A stretch of 11,886 nucleotides of DNA from Limisphaerales bacterium. GTDB taxonomy: Bacteria > Verrucomicrobiota > Verrucomicrobiia > Limisphaerales > JAJOIW01. The notes below the pieces were generated by a model. The model saw only the letters and a program-made list of their open reading frames with translations, was not told the DNA's origin and searched no databases. This document shows positions 8,401 through 11,886 of the stretch, piece after piece. Within the stretch, counting starts at the first letter, position 1. The number at the start of each line of letters is the position of its first letter. Where the stretch lies: contig CBFHOE010000003.1 of NCBI GenBank assembly GCA_965657355.1, positions 206,267 through 218,152 of the forward strand, given 5' to 3'. The translations under genes were made by a program, and so were the position numbers.

Positions 8401-8927
8401 AATCATTAAATAGTTTTTTTCCTCAATTATCTAAAATTTACCCAACAAGAAAATCTTACGCTCTAGCGACTTTAAAAGATTTAGAGAGTAAAATTCCAAC
8501 TCTACGAATATACCACAACGACCCTATCAATACATTAGAGCATAAAATTTTTGAAATCTTCAGAGCGGGAAAAAGGTTAGAATTTAAAGAGCTGGATTTA
8601 GGCTCGATAATCCAAGAGGCTCCATTAATGACCTCTGCTATTCTCCAATCACAAAATGCTGGTAAAATAAGAATTGTTATCGGTCAAAATTTCTCCTCAT
8701 TAGAAAATGACTATGAGCCCATTGATTCGGGCGGTGGTGGGATACTAGAAATCGATTCAGGCGGTCGAATAAAATTCGATTACCTCGGGCAGCTTGGTGT
8801 CAGACTTTTCTCTGATGTTAAAAGGATTTTTCCCGGGCGGTGGATTGAAAATGTATCAAGCTTCAACAAGGACTCGTTTCTTGTCTTTAGAAATAACCTG
8901 AGCCCCGCATTATTCATACAGGAATAA
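5487..8927 (+). CDS. Secreted FG-GAP/VCBS repeat protein with ASPIC/UnbV-like domain (CRTAC1-like)
   Basis: Hydrophobic N-terminus (GFFFFGISFFLCSCAYSQA). Seven Ca-binding repeats: DFDGDGRND, DVNNDGFKD, DIDGDGDLD, DFNRDGYLD, DLNNDGLED, DVDLDGLLD, DLDGDGDNE. Family motifs QVMRNTLYRNRGDGSFSEIA and AASDWSW; ASPIC-like QYRSVRTSQGYLSQS. The start could be ATG 5505. Confidence 0.88.
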   Translation: MKIPVSMNDKISGFFFFGISFFLCSCAYSQAFKIDIQAITPLSVSGQNNRKVGYSLVDRETTGIRFAQELSNGLRRKNRVLLLGSGVGVFDFDGDGRNDILFLKAEGKNELYRNLGGFNFERILGAAGMALPHNYSTGVSIADVNNDGFKDVIISTIDEGPKLFICEGSGTYQQKSRPGFPKIGGAISGVFGDIDGDGDLDFYQAMCRENSIKDNRSLIGDLKVDQKGSWIVPQSLRHRLVSTRNLKGQPMLMEKGREDQLFINNGAGQFDKIEPKEYFHPILNRNDESPLDGWTLSACFHDFNRDGYLDMYSCSDFLSPDRFWVNNGKGGFSELSWPFIPKTSYSSMDVAWGDLNNDGLEDFFVVDMLARKREDRIRQTANMGPNVWMTWANGFNNQVMRNTLYRNRGDGSFSEIALKSNLAASDWSWTTRFEDVDLDGLLDIIVGNGTPHDVQNSDAIDLLYSNKTTQKFSFLPADLPPHNVPNVVWKNLGDFKFREFSDAWNFSSNSYSQSMAFGDLDGDGDNEVVINNFDGIPELYRCDTISPRIVVRIDTGSHPGLLDRLRLELKSGGKSQYRSVRTSQGYLSQSSTAIVFACHDQVSELYIYGPGDISPITTVSIERNSLAHIKVDPIDSRKPKRNDEVSLPGKEYEKLIVPGNSPKWTFSTAKKSNSQSPVFRHWDTATLQASNFGEAVKMHGSVGYIQPDNKNGFKLCHIDRDSEKNYLWNVTRLRLKSDWPSQPLGMKMASDNALNEGGCQTVVFGTSQTDAAKIKSWLMFVDTNMYPELQVSQSFDWIGQEVGKMTFSRDGNYLFIGAKMSQTSSRNQGGGVIFFKNHHNKWVYLRQATQLIPARFPIVGAEWVKIDESLNHLILTLHGGTIEILNVVSPGAGQLSTKGVSLGEKYSGLWMHSNLFGMGDKYYLLLGNIGQNFMYGNTGRLRWVLAQTDAGHLLSLPVEDNEGKQYLFSDRESLNSFFPQLSKIYPTRKSYALATLKDLESKIPTLRIYHNDPINTLEHKIFEIFRAGKRLEFKELDLGSIIQEAPLMTSAILQSQNAGKIRIVIGQNFSSLENDYEPIDSGGGGILEIDSGGRIKFDYLGQLGVRLFSDVKRIFPGRWIENVSSFNKDSFLVFRNNLSPALFIQE

Positions 8928-10316
8928 TTAGTTTTTTTTGGTGATAAAAAACTCATCCAGAACCTCACCATTCGTGCCAATCTGTTTTCCAGTTAGTTTA
9001 TTTTGATTAATATTTAGAAAGAAGCTTCCGGGTTGAGCGATTCCTTTTTTCGCATCTTTACCAGATCCGAACTTCACTAAGGCGGAGTGGTCAAATTTTG
9101 GTTTGGCTCTTTCCCCGCTTGCTGCACCGGATACTACATAAACAGTTCCGGAGTACGGGCCTGGTTTCTTATAAATAACTGATGCATTGTCGGTTTTATA
9201 TACTAGATGCTTTGATGTATCAAATGTGTCGCTTTTACCGTAATGCTCTTTAATAAGGTGAGTTCTTTGATATGAGTGGTCGTGGCCCGACATGACAAGG
9301 TCGATACCGTATTTATCTACCAATGGCGCGATCATTTCACGCAATTGAATGAGCGCCCCATTCGTATCTGAATTGTAGTCACCGTCACAGTAAAATGGAA
9401 AATGATTTACCAAGACATTCCATTTTTTCTTGCTCGATCTAAAATCGGTTTCTAACCACTTTAGCTGCTTTTTCCACTCGGGATGATCTGGGTTTGATGT
9501 CGATTCAAGCCAGCTCTTCCAAGGGTCAATAAATGTAAAGTGGACGTCCCCTATCTCGGTTGAGTAATAAAGAGGATAGCGACCTGGGTTGGTGGCCATC
9601 TTGTTATGAAACGGATCGGCAAAAATGGAAAGAAACGCCAAATCCATATCGTGATTTCCTGTGCATGGCAGTATGGGGGTTGTTTTTAAACTACTCTTAA
9701 AGACGTTGAAAAAGGCGGTTTGATATTCCCTGTCAGTACCCATCGGGTAAGCATTGTCTCCCAACATAATGATACCATCCAAAGACTTGCCATTCATAAA
9801 ATTATGAAACCCTTCACGCACTTTAATTGGAGTTGAGAGATCTGTTCCAAAAGGCGAAATTTTCCTGTCTGAAAAAGGCCTGTTACTTCCGGAATCCCCT
9901 AATAACCAAAAAGAATACTCTTTTTCAGTCGAAGCTTGTTCTGGAACTGTCCTAAAGAAATGCTCCTTATCCGCTCCCGCTATCACTGCAAAATCAGCTT
10001 CTATAGCGTAATAATACTTTGTATTTGGTTTAAGATTTTCTATACGAGCAATCCAGTCAACTTTATTAGCTTTTTTGGGATTCATTCTGAACACCTTTAC
10101 ATGGGTCGGAAGATCCTCAGGTGAGATACCTATTCGAACAGAAATCTGTGACTTTATTTGGTCATCAGTCCTCCATTTTATTGTAATACCTTTAGGGTGC
10201 GGGTTCAGCAAATATGGGCCTCGCCTGATTTCAGCCCCGACCAGAAGGTTGATGCCGCATAAACAAATAAAGATAAATAATTTGATTGCTCTTCCTTTTA
10301 TGTTTAGTCCATCCAT
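8928..10316 (-). CDS. Purple acid phosphatase-type metallophosphoesterase with N-terminal FN3-like domain, probably exported
   Basis: Motifs GDSG, GDNAY, GNHD, VLVNH and GHDH; N-domain RGPYL...ITIKWRTD...LKPNTKYYY. ATG 10316 (MDGLNIKGRAIKLFIFICLCGINLLVGA, signal-like, with GAGG 3 nt upstream) is preferred over GTG 10385. Confidence 0.9.
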   Translation of the reverse strand: MDGLNIKGRAIKLFIFICLCGINLLVGAEIRRGPYLLNPHPKGITIKWRTDDQIKSQISVRIGISPEDLPTHVKVFRMNPKKANKVDWIARIENLKPNTKYYYAIEADFAVIAGADKEHFFRTVPEQASTEKEYSFWLLGDSGSNRPFSDRKISPFGTDLSTPIKVREGFHNFMNGKSLDGIIMLGDNAYPMGTDREYQTAFFNVFKSSLKTTPILPCTGNHDMDLAFLSIFADPFHNKMATNPGRYPLYYSTEIGDVHFTFIDPWKSWLESTSNPDHPEWKKQLKWLETDFRSSKKKWNVLVNHFPFYCDGDYNSDTNGALIQLREMIAPLVDKYGIDLVMSGHDHSYQRTHLIKEHYGKSDTFDTSKHLVYKTDNASVIYKKPGPYSGTVYVVSGAASGERAKPKFDHSALVKFGSGKDAKKGIAQPGSFFLNINQNKLTGKQIGTNGEVLDEFFITKKN

Positions 10317-10532
10317 TATCCTCAACTCTGTGTGGTTTTTAATACATAACATATAAAATGTGTGCTTTATATCAAATACCCACACCTATTCATGATTTTT
10401 ATAGTTTTTATCGTTCACATTTAATTTTCTGCTTATAATGATTAGCTGTTATGCAAAAGTAATAATTGCTGTAGTGATACGTAGAAATTTGTATCCCATA
10501 CGGTTTTAAAAAATTCTTTTTCAAATTATTTC

Positions 10533-11801
10533 ATGAGCACTAAAAAAAAATTAAAAGTAAGATTTCTCATTTTCACAGGCTTTGTTGCTATGATTTTGAT
10601 TGTGGTGGTTGTCCTTGCTTGGAGAGATGTTGATTCTCCAGATGTTTCGGATCTCCTTTTAGAAAATAAGTTTATTTCTGATGGGGACAATGCCTATTTT
10701 GATTTCTGCAATGCAACCAACTTTTTCGATCACTTTGATAATGCTGAAATTCAAAAATTTCTATCGGATAAAGAATCAGATGCTTCAGAAATATCGAAAA
10801 TAATCAAAAATAACTCTTTGGCTTTGCAGGAAATACGAAAAGGATTAGAAAAAGAAATTTGTCGACCACCAGCTGTTACATCATTTTCAGACAACTTACC
10901 ACATCTGACGGAATGGAGAAAATTTGCTTTATTATTTACCGTTGATGCAAGGTTGAATTTTCGGAGCGGAGATTTAGATAAAGCTGTTGAATCTGCAATA
11001 TCCACTATCCAGTTTGGTTATATGATACAAAATGATTCAGAAGTTCTTATAACATTTTTGGTCGGTGACGCCATCATGGAAATGGGACTCAAAGAGCTTC
11101 GCCATATCCTTGAGTCGCCCGATATTCAAATGAAACATTTAGACCGTATATCTAAATCCCTTAAAGCCTGCAATAATACCTATGACGGGTATGTGTCAGC
11201 AACGAAAGGTGAATTTCGAGTTGTGTATCAGACGATAGATGCGCTCGATAATGGGGACATGCCATTCTTCGGGACCCCATTCCAGCAGGGGACCTTTCCT
11301 GCTGGTGAAAACTTCGGACGTATTTTTTTTAAAAGAAATAAAACGATGGAGTTATTTGCTGGGAATACCCGAAACTTGATTGAATCTGGAAAAAAACCTT
11401 TCTCGGAATATAAAACATACGATCCATTAGAAAAATTAGTCAAACAACCGGATGGGTTTTTGTCATTTATCAATCCTAATTTTGTTGGAAACGTATTTTT
11501 GAAACTTGTTGCACCGCCAAATATCTTGAAAAAATTATATGCATTAGATTTTTCTATTTCCGGCACTGAACTACTTGTCATTTTAAAAAAATACCAATTT
11601 GATAAAGGGAAGACGCCGGAGAAACTCGAAGACTTAGTTCCCGGGTATTTGGATAAAGTCCCTCTCGACCCTTATGATGGAAAACCGATCCGGTATGTGT
11701 CCGAGAAAAAGTTGATATACTCTATCGGACCAAATTTAGAAGACCAAACGCTGGTCTCTGACGACAAATCCCCTGATGACATTGTTTTTCAAATAAAGTA
11801 A
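10533..11801 (+). CDS. Membrane-anchored hypothetical protein with GspG/pseudopilin-like C-terminal motif
   Basis: Basic N-terminus (MSTKKKLKVR), one TM helix, helical-looking body, and C-terminal YQFDKGKTPEKLEDLVPGYLDKVPLDPYDGKPIRY...IYSIGPNLED resembling the P..L..L...DPWG..Y.Y...S.GPD pattern of T2SS GspG. Function unknown. Confidence 0.75.
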   Translation: MSTKKKLKVRFLIFTGFVAMILIVVVVLAWRDVDSPDVSDLLLENKFISDGDNAYFDFCNATNFFDHFDNAEIQKFLSDKESDASEISKIIKNNSLALQEIRKGLEKEICRPPAVTSFSDNLPHLTEWRKFALLFTVDARLNFRSGDLDKAVESAISTIQFGYMIQNDSEVLITFLVGDAIMEMGLKELRHILESPDIQMKHLDRISKSLKACNNTYDGYVSATKGEFRVVYQTIDALDNGDMPFFGTPFQQGTFPAGENFGRIFFKRNKTMELFAGNTRNLIESGKKPFSEYKTYDPLEKLVKQPDGFLSFINPNFVGNVFLKLVAPPNILKKLYALDFSISGTELLVILKKYQFDKGKTPEKLEDLVPGYLDKVPLDPYDGKPIRYVSEKKLIYSIGPNLEDQTLVSDDKSPDDIVFQIK

Positions 11802-11886
11802 ATCATTCTCCTTAAAAAAAATTTATCCTGTAAGGTACTGGGTTTCAGTTGTTTTCGAAGTCGCTGATTTTAGTATGTAAAGTGAA

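Noticed and set aside
10317..10385. Upstream GTG start for the phosphatase
   Set aside because: It adds 23 residues ahead of a plausible signal peptide; ATG 10316 fits better.
10575..10622. TG-FVAMILIVVVVLAW as a type IV prepilin cleavage site
   Set aside because: No Glu at +5, and the residues before the Gly are hydrophobic rather than a charged leader.
6518..11581. Short antisense ORFs within the FG-GAP, phosphatase and last genes
   Set aside because: They overlap well-supported CDSs and carry no independent coding evidence.

Overview
AT-rich bacterial window of nutrient-scavenging genes; the gene mix is typical of marine PVC bacteria such as Verrucomicrobiota (inference only). In order: the 5' end of a minus-strand membrane-protein gene cut by the left edge; a formylglycine-type sulfatase and a nitrilase-family C-N hydrolase (+, 6 bp apart); a CstA-family transporter (-); a ~960 bp gap with no credible long ORF; a large secreted FG-GAP/ASPIC-UnbV (CRTAC1-like) protein (+); a purple acid phosphatase-type metallophosphoesterase (-); and a membrane-anchored hypothetical protein with a GspG-like C-terminal motif (+). 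The main result outside the ORF track is in the gap: a ~186-nt minus-strand RNA (5154-5339) with the rod-plus-central-bubble fold and sequence motifs of 6S RNA, followed by an intrinsic terminator. It lacks its usual neighbours, and it has a short apical stem, a GGAAG-repeat bulge and a perfect alternative hairpin. Between it and cstA lies a cluster of 9-10 bp perfect inverted repeats. I saw no CRISPR array, mobile element, tRNA or rRNA, and no clearly new multi-gene system; the novel points are hypotheses.
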